Positions 38,631-47,070 of a stretch of 64,000 nt of DNA are shown one piece after another (the stretch's first letter is position 1; every line of letters begins with the position of its first letter). A model generated the notes under the pieces. It ran no database searches. It was given only the letters and a program-made list of their open reading frames with translations, and was not told the origin of the DNA. The position numbers and the translations under genes were made by a program. Origin of the DNA: a virus; the IMG/VR virus record IMGVR_UViG_3300010297_000002, positions 9,250-73,249 of that record; one strand, written 5' to 3'.

Positions 38631-38635
38631 TATTT

Positions 38636-38722
38636 GGAAGCGTGGCAGAGTGCTCTATTGCGTCTGATTTGAGATCAGATGATCCTTACCGGGGTCCGTG
38701 GGTCGGAATCCCACCGCTTCCT
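38636..38722 (+). tRNA. tRNA-Ser (TGA) with variant elbow
   Basis: Acceptor GGAAGCG/CGCTTCC, T73; anticodon arm TCTGA-TTTGAGA-TCAGA; long variable arm; T stem GTGGG/CCCAC with loop TCGGAAT. Confidence 0.88.
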
Positions 38723-38785
38723 CTTTTATTTCTTTGATAATACGGCTTTTGGTAGAGAATCCTTCACTTCAACTCCAGGCAGGCA

Positions 38786-39298
38786 ATGAAAAATATCAAG
38801 ATCAAGGTCAAAGGCTCCAAATTTGAGATGGACCAATCTCTCTATGACTATATCAATGAGATCGAGATCAAGGAAATTAAGACATTAGAAGAGGAACTTG
38901 CAGTCGAGAAGTTCCGATCCTTGAGAGACCTTTATCAAGAGTATATCCGACCTGTTCAGCACGCTAAGAAAGCTTTTTCTATTTCGACTCCAGAAGTTCA
39001 GCTCGAAGTGGTTTTACAAGCCGACCCTCCTTCTCACAGAAACCTCATTGGGTTTCGTCGTGATGGTAAGGTAATTAAGGGTCAATTTTCGATCCCGGTT
39101 ATTGTTGAAGGGGCTCAGGAGCGGGAAGTAGTGCCGTTCGTGAACTGGTACATTAACAGTTTTAGTTGTTTAATAAGATACCTACTTTGTAAGCAAGCTG
39201 GGGTGCGGGTTATCCAGCCTTTAGAAGACCGAAAAAACTGGAATCTTGAGGCAGGCAAGTTAAACCTGGACTTAGATTTCGTTGTTGTTTTTGAGTAG
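38786..39298 (+). CDS. Hypothetical protein
   Basis: 170-aa ORF downstream of the tRNA cluster. Confidence 0.6.
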   Translation: MKNIKIKVKGSKFEMDQSLYDYINEIEIKEIKTLEEELAVEKFRSLRDLYQEYIRPVQHAKKAFSISTPEVQLEVVLQADPPSHRNLIGFRRDGKVIKGQFSIPVIVEGAQEREVVPFVNWYINSFSCLIRYLLCKQAGVRVIQPLEDRKNWNLEAGKLNLDLDFVVVFE

Positions 39299-39303
39299 GT
39301 CAA

Positions 39304-42300
39304 ATGGCTAAGTTTAAAACCGTAAAGAGTAGATTAGATTTTCTAGATCAATCCTTAATAGACTTGGATACCGCTCTTTCATTCGCCCCAGGCGGAGTGA
39401 TCGATGCCCAAGTAGCGAATGGTCTGCAGAGAGTAGATTACCGTCGATTCACTCGACTTCAGGATTTCCAACATTTGGTAACTGTAGGTCTTGGGAACAC
39501 CGATGCCCTTCTCTCGGATGTGACCATGGCCTCGAGGATTGCAATAGCTCCTGCGGAAAATGGCCAGATCTCAGAGAGCTCTCAGTTCTCTTCTGTGACA
39601 GTCACTCAACCTCCTACTGGAGGAAGTCCTCAGCAGAAAACAATGGAATATGATTTCTCTGCGTTCTCTTCTTTCTTCCCCGGATACACTTACACAGTAG
39701 TTCTAGAGTTGATCCCTCTTTCAGGACCGACTCCGGTTTCTTACGTTGCTCAACCTTCTGACACCACCCTGGTCGATATCCTTACGGGGCTAATTACAGA
39801 GCTCACAGTCAATGGTTACACTGGAAGATATGCTTTCTCAGTAGTCGGAGCCGGAGATACTCTACAAGTTGTTGGAAACACTCCAGGAGATGATTATCCT
39901 GTTGCATATGGTTTAGTTAACACTCCAGCTCCTAATACAATCTCTCCTACAGTTACCGTTCCAGCGATTACTGTGGGTAATACGGCTAAAATAATTGAAT
40001 ACAGTTTCGCGGCGATCTCTCTTCAGACTGGAGACTACTACACTCTCAGTTTAGAGAGTCCGGATATTCATGGACTTCAAGAGTTCACTTACAGAGTGAA
40101 GGACACAGATACAACCAAAGAGATCGTTTTAAACCACGTTAAGGATTCCGTACCTGCCGAGCTTGAGGAAAGATACATAATCACGGTAGTTGCTCCGGAT
40201 ATTCTTAGAATCGAGAGTGTGGAAGTCGGAGATGATTTCCCTACCCGTGATTTTGAAGTCATGACCGTAACAGAGACTCCAGCCGACTTCAATTCTATCG
40301 ACTTCTGGTGGTTCAATCCTGTTTCCAAGGAATGGGAAATTTCCCCAGATCCTGAAGTAAACAATAATGACATTTTTGAATTCACTCGTAATGTTCGCAC
40401 TTTCGATGAGTTGAAGAAAAACGATGGTGGGTTCTATTTCAAGTTTTGGATCAACACAGACAATTTACCAGGGGCACCCGGACCGGCCACTCACCAGATT
40501 AACTTCTTTGATTTTGCTTACGGAGTGGACAATCGCCCGGTGTTCTACTTTACCGAGATGTTGGATTCCCTGAACAGACCTCTTCCTACTGTCGAACCTA
40601 TGGAGATTAACAACTACGTAGTAGTTTCTTCAGGATCTAAGGATGGAAACAATGTTCTTTACCGTTTGATTATAGACCATGAAGAGTCAGGTAAGGATTG
40701 GAGACAGTCTCGAGTTTTCTGGAGAATCAATGGGGTAGCGGAGGAGTTTCAAGAAGTACCTGCTTACACCCCTAGAATGGATAAGCAGTGTACCGAAGCG
40801 GATTGGGTTCATAGTGTTCGAGCTTATCGCCTTCCACCAGAGATTTTCGAAGTAGTGGATACTCAGATTCACCTGGAGGCGAAGTTAGTCGATCAGGACG
40901 GGTTAGAGACCTTTGCTGATCAGATCTTGATTCTACCTAACCATCGTGTTCCTCAGATTGAGGAAGTCTTGGTTTCCGGCGTAGATACGTTTGACATACC
41001 CATCTCTGACTATATTGAGACCGGTGGTAATATTCGGATCACCAAAGCTTCTCCCACAGATTATCCCCAGGTAATTCTCGGAGAGACCCTTTCTGTAGAA
41101 CAAGGTCCCCTTACCGAACTTCGTCAAGTTAAGGAAGTCACAGATACCTATATCGATATTTTCGGGGGTGTTCCTCCGTTTAATTCCGGTAATCCGCTTA
41201 CTCTGAGGAAGACCGATGAGTTCGGATGGTATCCAGCAGAGGCTACTACCATTTCGTCAGGTTTCTTTGATTTCACAGACCTTAATCGAGGTCTCCTTGG
41301 CGATTCTTCCGTTTTAAACCTAATCGAAGTTAATGATGTTGTGAGGCTGGCTCAGCTTAATGCTGGCGGCACAGCCTGGACTACTGTTGATATCGAAGTT
41401 TGTAGAGTCGGCCACAGCACCGGACCTACTTCTTCAATTGAGTTTACTCAAGGACCATATAGTTTAAACGGCCAGGGGTTCTCTACCAATGATAGTCTTT
41501 CCGATTATTTCAACATGGCGAACCCTCTTACTCTGCTGAGGATGGAAAAGAATGAGCATTTTGAAGGAACATCTACTGTCGTTGAACATCACTATACAGA
41601 TACTATTAGACCGTTCAGGTATGTCAATGATATTGAACTATTCGACGGAGCAAGTATTTCTCGGGCTTATATTACTTCTCACGATGAATCAACGGTTTTG
41701 ATCGAGTTCACAACCTTAACTCTTCCTACCTTGGTGGAGGACATTAAAGCGTGGTCTTACGATCTATCAACTTTGGATCTAAACGATAAAGTTAGTGAGG
41801 TAGACTCGATCTATGAGAGATTCGTTCTGTTCATTGAGGATAGTACTGCTTTCGCTAATACCCAGAACTGCTCCAAGAGAATCTCATTGCCTCCTTACGA
41901 GGTAACTCTGGACATCAAGGAAGAGACCACTTTGAACCCTCTCGGGATCGCTAGAGTGTTCAACCCAAAGGCTCCCCAGCCTACAAATGCTATTCTTGAT
42001 CCAGATTATACTCAGTTTAACGGGTTTGATTCTCCTTATCTGAACGTGATGAATTCTGATTTCACAGCTTTTCAGGCTGGGTCTTCTTTCAACAGCGGTA
42101 AGTTCGAGAACTACCCACAGTTGAAGTACGGGTTGCAAAACCAAGAGAACTCTTTTCAGTACATCGTCGGATTTACCAAGATGAAGCTGGACCAGGGACA
42201 AAACTATATTACGGTTTGGACAGACGATCACTTTCCAAAGATTGTGCCGATCACTGTCGATACCGACGGTCAGGTAATTAGTATTGAGCTTACCGCAAAG

Positions 42301-44094
42301 ACGGCTCCTATTCTGGCTGAGATCGCTGCTATCCAGGCCACAGTGGGTAACATCGACACCAACGTTGAGTCTATCCTAACCGAAGTTACTGCGATCAATA
42401 CAGAACTGGTTACGGTAAATACTAATCTGGGATTGATTAATTCCGAGTTAGTTAATGTCAATACTCAGTTGGGGACGATCATTACTCAGGTTGGGGATAT
42501 TCAAACTGATGTGGGCGTTATTCAAGGGGACGTTAGTACTATCCTAAGTGAGGTTAATCAGATCCTGACAGAAACTCAGGGACTCTATCCTTACATTGAT
42601 GGTAAGACTACAGACATTATCAATGAAGTCCAGGCTACAGATTGCACTGCTGGAATAGCTGCGGTAGAAGTTAAGGTAGACCTTCTGAATGGTAAAGTAA
42701 ATTCACTGCAGTCTGATACCGCGAACATAATCGGAATAACCACAGACACTCGAGATTTAGCTCAGGATGCTACTTTTGGTTTTGAAGCGACTAAGAATCT
42801 CCTGGATCAGGTGAACACCACTACAGTAGCCTCTAGAGCAGTTTTAGATAATGCAAGTTACGGTAATGCCTCACTATCTACCAAGTTGGGAGCGATTAAG
42901 ATTGTAGTCGATGATACTCTCGACCAGTCCCAGACTAATAACGCCGGAATCGGCCAAGTTTTGACCGACACTACGAACATCACCTCCGACATTAATGGAG
43001 TGAGTGCTCAAATTGTGTCTATGCAGGCGGATGTGGACGCTATTCAAACGAATGTCCTTCAGTTGGCTGCTCAGAACAACACGATCGAGTCTGTTGTTCA
43101 GGACAACAATAACATCGGAACGAACACTAACAACGCTGTTGTTAGTATGCAACTTGATGTTACTTCGATTAAGACGGACACTTCCAATATTCTGGCGGAT
43201 GTTGCTGTTCTTGATTCTAAAGTCTCTACTACCCAGTCCGCAGTCAATTTGATCAAAGCGGATACAGGAAGTCTTCTTACCGATACTGCAAATATTCGAA
43301 CAGACACTACTCAATTACTTACAGATCTGTCTGCGGTGGATACCACCACAACCTCGACTAATAGTGGTGTAGGAACTTTATTAGGTAATGAACCTACTAA
43401 GATAACCCTGATATCTCAGATTGATACGAATGTGATGACTTCTCTTGCAGATACGGCTCAACTTAAGACAGACACAGCACAGATTTTGAGTACACAGTCT
43501 TCTACGGGTCCTCAGATTGATGGAATCGAGGCTGGGGTAAATCAACTTAATGTGAACCTGACCTCTGTAACGAGTACTGTCAATGATACAAACCTTAAGG
43601 TTAAGGACGCTAGTACCGGCCTTCAGGCCACCAAAGCGGTCATTGATCAGATCTTAGCTGACCTCACCACCCACCACACCACTGTGGATGGGAAACTGGA
43701 TAATATTCAGACCTCGATCGACAATCTTCCTTTGAATACAGAGATTGTTCAGATCCTGGATATTGTTTCCAGCCCGACTTACGGTAATGAGGCGATCCAG
43801 TTGGCTGTCGGAGCACTACTTTCCCAGGTCGATTTCCAAGCAGAGATCGACCAGTTAAAGGGAGCAGGTTTTGCTTCTGGTCCAGATTCATTGGCGGCTC
43901 AGTCAGCTAATCTTCAGACCTTGGTTTCAGGGTTGTACACTGTGGCGGACATCTGGAATGCTCCGGACAGAACTTTGACAGAGGCCGTCGACTTGATCAT
44001 CTCTCTTAGAGATCAATTGGATCGAATTGAGAATAATCAAGCAGATACACTAACTTACGATAAATTACATAACCCACCTGTGAAGGGTAGTTAA
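39304..44094 (+). CDS. Large virion structural protein with beta-rich N-terminal domains and a long trimeric-type coiled coil (whisker/fibre-like)
   Basis: T/V/D/N-rich composition. From about 42300 there are continuous V/I/L-x-x heptads ('IQTDVGVIQGDVSTILSEV', 'IKTDTSNILADV'). Confidence 0.7.
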   Translation: MAKFKTVKSRLDFLDQSLIDLDTALSFAPGGVIDAQVANGLQRVDYRRFTRLQDFQHLVTVGLGNTDALLSDVTMASRIAIAPAENGQISESSQFSSVTVTQPPTGGSPQQKTMEYDFSAFSSFFPGYTYTVVLELIPLSGPTPVSYVAQPSDTTLVDILTGLITELTVNGYTGRYAFSVVGAGDTLQVVGNTPGDDYPVAYGLVNTPAPNTISPTVTVPAITVGNTAKIIEYSFAAISLQTGDYYTLSLESPDIHGLQEFTYRVKDTDTTKEIVLNHVKDSVPAELEERYIITVVAPDILRIESVEVGDDFPTRDFEVMTVTETPADFNSIDFWWFNPVSKEWEISPDPEVNNNDIFEFTRNVRTFDELKKNDGGFYFKFWINTDNLPGAPGPATHQINFFDFAYGVDNRPVFYFTEMLDSLNRPLPTVEPMEINNYVVVSSGSKDGNNVLYRLIIDHEESGKDWRQSRVFWRINGVAEEFQEVPAYTPRMDKQCTEADWVHSVRAYRLPPEIFEVVDTQIHLEAKLVDQDGLETFADQILILPNHRVPQIEEVLVSGVDTFDIPISDYIETGGNIRITKASPTDYPQVILGETLSVEQGPLTELRQVKEVTDTYIDIFGGVPPFNSGNPLTLRKTDEFGWYPAEATTISSGFFDFTDLNRGLLGDSSVLNLIEVNDVVRLAQLNAGGTAWTTVDIEVCRVGHSTGPTSSIEFTQGPYSLNGQGFSTNDSLSDYFNMANPLTLLRMEKNEHFEGTSTVVEHHYTDTIRPFRYVNDIELFDGASISRAYITSHDESTVLIEFTTLTLPTLVEDIKAWSYDLSTLDLNDKVSEVDSIYERFVLFIEDSTAFANTQNCSKRISLPPYEVTLDIKEETTLNPLGIARVFNPKAPQPTNAILDPDYTQFNGFDSPYLNVMNSDFTAFQAGSSFNSGKFENYPQLKYGLQNQENSFQYIVGFTKMKLDQGQNYITVWTDDHFPKIVPITVDTDGQVISIELTAKTAPILAEIAAIQATVGNIDTNVESILTEVTAINTELVTVNTNLGLINSELVNVNTQLGTIITQVGDIQTDVGVIQGDVSTILSEVNQILTETQGLYPYIDGKTTDIINEVQATDCTAGIAAVEVKVDLLNGKVNSLQSDTANIIGITTDTRDLAQDATFGFEATKNLLDQVNTTTVASRAVLDNASYGNASLSTKLGAIKIVVDDTLDQSQTNNAGIGQVLTDTTNITSDINGVSAQIVSMQADVDAIQTNVLQLAAQNNTIESVVQDNNNIGTNTNNAVVSMQLDVTSIKTDTSNILADVAVLDSKVSTTQSAVNLIKADTGSLLTDTANIRTDTTQLLTDLSAVDTTTTSTNSGVGTLLGNEPTKITLISQIDTNVMTSLADTAQLKTDTAQILSTQSSTGPQIDGIEAGVNQLNVNLTSVTSTVNDTNLKVKDASTGLQATKAVIDQILADLTTHHTTVDGKLDNIQTSIDNLPLNTEIVQILDIVSSPTYGNEAIQLAVGALLSQVDFQAEIDQLKGAGFASGPDSLAAQSANLQTLVSGLYTVADIWNAPDRTLTEAVDLIISLRDQLDRIENNQADTLTYDKLHNPPVKGS

Positions 44095-44106
44095 TAGGAG
44101 CGGAAA

Positions 44107-44565
44107 ATGGCATTGACATTTCCTTTATACAAAGATGATATTGAGCCTACTGTAAAGGCTATTCAACAAGAGCAGAGCTCCGGATCTTTTTTCGTAGCGG
44201 TATCTGCAGAACAAACAGTAACTGGATCTTCTTCACTGGATTTCAGTATGGCCGCTGCTGAGGGTGTAGAGACTCATCAGTTTAAGATGGGCCATATTGT
44301 AGTTACTTCTGAGGATGGGACTGGTGGTCTTCCAGGATGTTCTAAGTTTGATCTTAAGATTTTCGAAAGAGCTGCGAGACTTCCTGGTGATTTAATTTAT
44401 CAGCAGTCTAACTTGGATGCTTCTGAAATGAATCGTCTGGTTTTGAACGCAGATACTATTTTTGCCAACCGAGATGCTTCTCCCTCTGGAACAGTTTACG
44501 TGACGATCTCCAATAAAGATCTAACTGACAAGAAGTTCGTCATTGAGCTTCGCTGCTTTAAGTAA
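44107..44565 (+). CDS. Putative small virion protein
   Basis: RBS AGGAG; beta-rich 152 aa directly after the large structural gene. Confidence 0.5.
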   Translation: MALTFPLYKDDIEPTVKAIQQEQSSGSFFVAVSAEQTVTGSSSLDFSMAAAEGVETHQFKMGHIVVTSEDGTGGLPGCSKFDLKIFERAARLPGDLIYQQSNLDASEMNRLVLNADTIFANRDASPSGTVYVTISNKDLTDKKFVIELRCFK

Positions 44566-44577
44566 TAGGAGCTCTTT

Positions 44578-44883
44578 ATGGAACAACAGAACACTGTGAA
44601 GCCTCAGTCTAGGACTGAGAAAAGATGGTTTGAGAGCAAAAAGCTTATTGCTTTCCTGATCAGCCTTTACACTTATTACCTTTTGATTCCTTCCGGGAAT
44701 CCAGATTGGAAGGTAATGGCTGTTAATGCGTGCTTTATCTTCTCGATGTATGTAGCCTTAGCTTTCTTCAAAACTTATAAAGACGTTCAGCTTTTTCTAA
44801 AGCAGGTCGATGAGTTAATTGAGCCTAACACAGCAGGTAACAATGCTAAAGAAGCTAGCGAAGAAGGTTCTGATAAGAATTAA
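44578..44883 (+). CDS. Putative holin (two transmembrane segments)
   Basis: 'WFESKKLIAFLISLYTYYLLI' and 'VMAVNACFIFSMYVALAFF' hydrophobic helices; charged C-terminal tail. Confidence 0.5.
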   Translation: MEQQNTVKPQSRTEKRWFESKKLIAFLISLYTYYLLIPSGNPDWKVMAVNACFIFSMYVALAFFKTYKDVQLFLKQVDELIEPNTAGNNAKEASEEGSDKN

Positions 44884-44897
44884 ATAATCTTGGACTT

Positions 44898-44941
44898 AAG
44901 GCCCACACTTTGGTTAAATAGAGTGTGGGCCTTTTTCTTTT
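44898..44941 (+). terminator. Intrinsic terminator
   Basis: AAGGCCCACACT...AGTGTGGGCCTT stem followed by a T-rich tail. Confidence 0.8.
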
Positions 44942-44952
44942 AGGGGATCAAA

Positions 44953-45357
44953 ATGGATCAAATTTTACAATATGTAATCGGTGCATTGGTACTGTTATTC
45001 GGGGTTGTACTCGGTAAAGGTAAGTTCGATGCCGCTATGTTTAAGCGTGGATTTAATAAGCTAATGAAGAAGGGCCGCGAAGAGTTAGAGACTGCCGCTG
45101 ACGATGCTAATGCTGCTAATCAAGAAACAGCCGAGGCTATCAATAAGGCTAAGCAAGTTGTTGAACAGACAACCCAGACCGATAACCAACTCACGGAATC
45201 AGCACAAGAGGAAGTCGAAGATCTGGACCATGAGTCCGAGCTTCAAAAGCAGAAAGTAGAGACGGTTGAAAAACTGCCCGAGAGTGATATTCAGCAACAG
45301 ATCGAAGATGATCTCGTGGCAGAACTTCAGAGACAAGAGCGTGAGAACAACTCCTAA
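44953..45357 (+). CDS. Membrane-anchored coiled-coil protein (i-spanin-like)
   Basis: N-terminal TM helix 'ILQYVIGALVLLFGVVLG' followed by an acidic coiled coil; lies next to the holin candidate. Confidence 0.45.
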   Translation: MDQILQYVIGALVLLFGVVLGKGKFDAAMFKRGFNKLMKKGREELETAADDANAANQETAEAINKAKQVVEQTTQTDNQLTESAQEEVEDLDHESELQKQKVETVEKLPESDIQQQIEDDLVAELQRQERENNS

Positions 45358-45367
45358 GGAGAACCTC

Positions 45368-45856
45368 GTGAAACTTCTACTTTTTTTAATTTTTTCTTTT
45401 TCTTCATTTTCCCAGGAATCAGCCCCTGGGATTTTTCTCACTACGGGTGATATCTTGGTGGACTATGGATGGGAACAGCTAAAGCCTAAATCCCAGGTCT
45501 GGAAGAGGGGAACCACAGCTCCTCCGTCTACGGTCTTTTACTATACGATTCGTGAGAAGCAGGTTCTTGAAGATAAGATTAAGAGAATGAGAGCCGAGAT
45601 CAAGAATCTACGAGCCCGTGTGGTGAACTATGCTCGATCGGAACAATCTTTCAGATCCGTGGTTTCAGACATCGAAGCTAAACATCTGGCCGAGACCAAT
45701 AAATTAAATAACTACGTTGAGAAGTGTGACATGCTGTTAAACTCTGCTTCAAACTACGTGAACTCGAAGAAGCAGGGTAACTCCGGAGGGGGATTTCTCA
45801 AAGGTGTCGGAAGCACGATCACCCAAGGATTAATTTTCAAAGGATTGTGTAAGTAG
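45368..45856 (+). CDS. Signal-peptide-bearing coiled-coil protein (possible spanin partner); start reassigned to GTG 45368
   Basis: RBS AAGGAG at 45356-45361 precedes the GTG. N-terminus MKLLLFLIFSFSSFS-QE resembles a Sec signal. Coiled coil with an amphipathic C-terminus. Confidence 0.5.
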   Translation: MKLLLFLIFSFSSFSQESAPGIFLTTGDILVDYGWEQLKPKSQVWKRGTTAPPSTVFYYTIREKQVLEDKIKRMRAEIKNLRARVVNYARSEQSFRSVVSDIEAKHLAETNKLNNYVEKCDMLLNSASNYVNSKKQGNSGGGFLKGVGSTITQGLIFKGLCK

Positions 45857-45857
45857 C

Positions 45858-46187
45858 ATGGATGATAAAGATCTAGAAGTCCCCGAGGGAATTAACCTCT
45901 TGGACAGGAATTTTAAGATTTCTAAAGAGGCTCAAGAATTAGCTGGAGATTGTCTCGAAAAGTTAAAGCATGGCATATTTTTCTGTTCTATACTTAAAAA
46001 AGATACCACTTATGTGAAATGTTTCTCTTGCCCCGAGAGCTCCAAATGTCATATCTTTGATGATATGAATAAAAAGGCGGAGCTTTACGAGTTCCACTTG
46101 GAGATCGATATGATGGAAGAATCTCCTAAAGAGAAGAAACAGGTTAAAAAACAGAAAAAGAAAAAAGGAAATGCTAAGAAGGCTTGA
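45858..46187 (+). CDS. Small Cys-rich hypothetical protein
   Basis: C...CFSCP....C pattern and a Lys-rich tail. Confidence 0.5.
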   Translation: MDDKDLEVPEGINLLDRNFKISKEAQELAGDCLEKLKHGIFFCSILKKDTTYVKCFSCPESSKCHIFDDMNKKAELYEFHLEIDMMEESPKEKKQVKKQKKKKGNAKKA

Positions 46188-47070
46188 GTCGAATCCAAAT
46201 GTAGTAACGTTACTACAACGTAAAGAACTTTACCCAGCTTACCTCTTCCGCTTTAATTCAGACGATGACTCTGAGGCGGAAGTTTTTTCTTTGACTGAGA
46301 AGATAGTTGGTCCTTTCTCAGAAGAACGACCAAATCCAAATTTACTTTTACTCAACGAGGATAAGTACGATAGTGAGTCTCTGGATGATCTTCCCAACTT
46401 CTTAGATTTCGCGAGTCACGATGGCCGTCCCAAGATCGTTTTGATCAACAACCTGGATAGAATGTCTCTTCTCCAGCAGAACAGCTTTTTGAAGGTCCTG
46501 GAAGACGCTTATTACAATGTTAGCTTCTTTCTAACCACTAAAGACTCCACCCAGGTTTTGGATACAATTAAATCTAGAAGTGTTCTGGTTGATTGTCCGA
46601 AGATGTCTGAAGACCATTTCTCTGACATTGCTCAAGCCCACCAGATACCTCAGGATAAGATTGCTATCTATTATCGGATTTTTAACGGTGATCTTAGCTT
46701 TCGTAAGTTTGACAATATCGAGATGGTGCGATTCGCTCTGTACAAGATCTTTTATAATACCAATAGTCCTGATATTCTTTACAATCTGTCGGTACTCATA
46801 CCGGAGACCCCGTACACTCTCCAGGATCTAGTCAAGCAGTATTCAATTGTCCCCCTGGTCCGTATGCTTCGTTCGTTTTATCTGGATCGCATTCTGGTTT
46901 TGTTAGGATCAGAAGTTCGGTATAATACCGATTACGCTGAGTACATTAAGAACATGACGCTCACTTTCGATAAGGCCAGTCGAGCCCAGACGAGACTCTC
47001 TCGAGTGGAGGGCCGTGGAAGTTCCAATTTTAATTATCTGTGGTTGAAGGGAGTTTTACTTGTCCGTTAA
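46171..47070 (+). CDS. holB: DNA polymerase III delta'-like clamp-loader subunit
   Basis: 'KIVLINNLDRMS..QQNSFLKVLED....FFLTT.....LDTIKSRS' matches the delta'/gamma family; no Walker A, as expected for delta'. Confidence 0.8.
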   Translation: MLRRLESNPNVVTLLQRKELYPAYLFRFNSDDDSEAEVFSLTEKIVGPFSEERPNPNLLLLNEDKYDSESLDDLPNFLDFASHDGRPKIVLINNLDRMSLLQQNSFLKVLEDAYYNVSFFLTTKDSTQVLDTIKSRSVLVDCPKMSEDHFSDIAQAHQIPQDKIAIYYRIFNGDLSFRKFDNIEMVRFALYKIFYNTNSPDILYNLSVLIPETPYTLQDLVKQYSIVPLVRMLRSFYLDRILVLLGSEVRYNTDYAEYIKNMTLTFDKASRAQTRLSRVEGRGSSNFNYLWLKGVLLVR

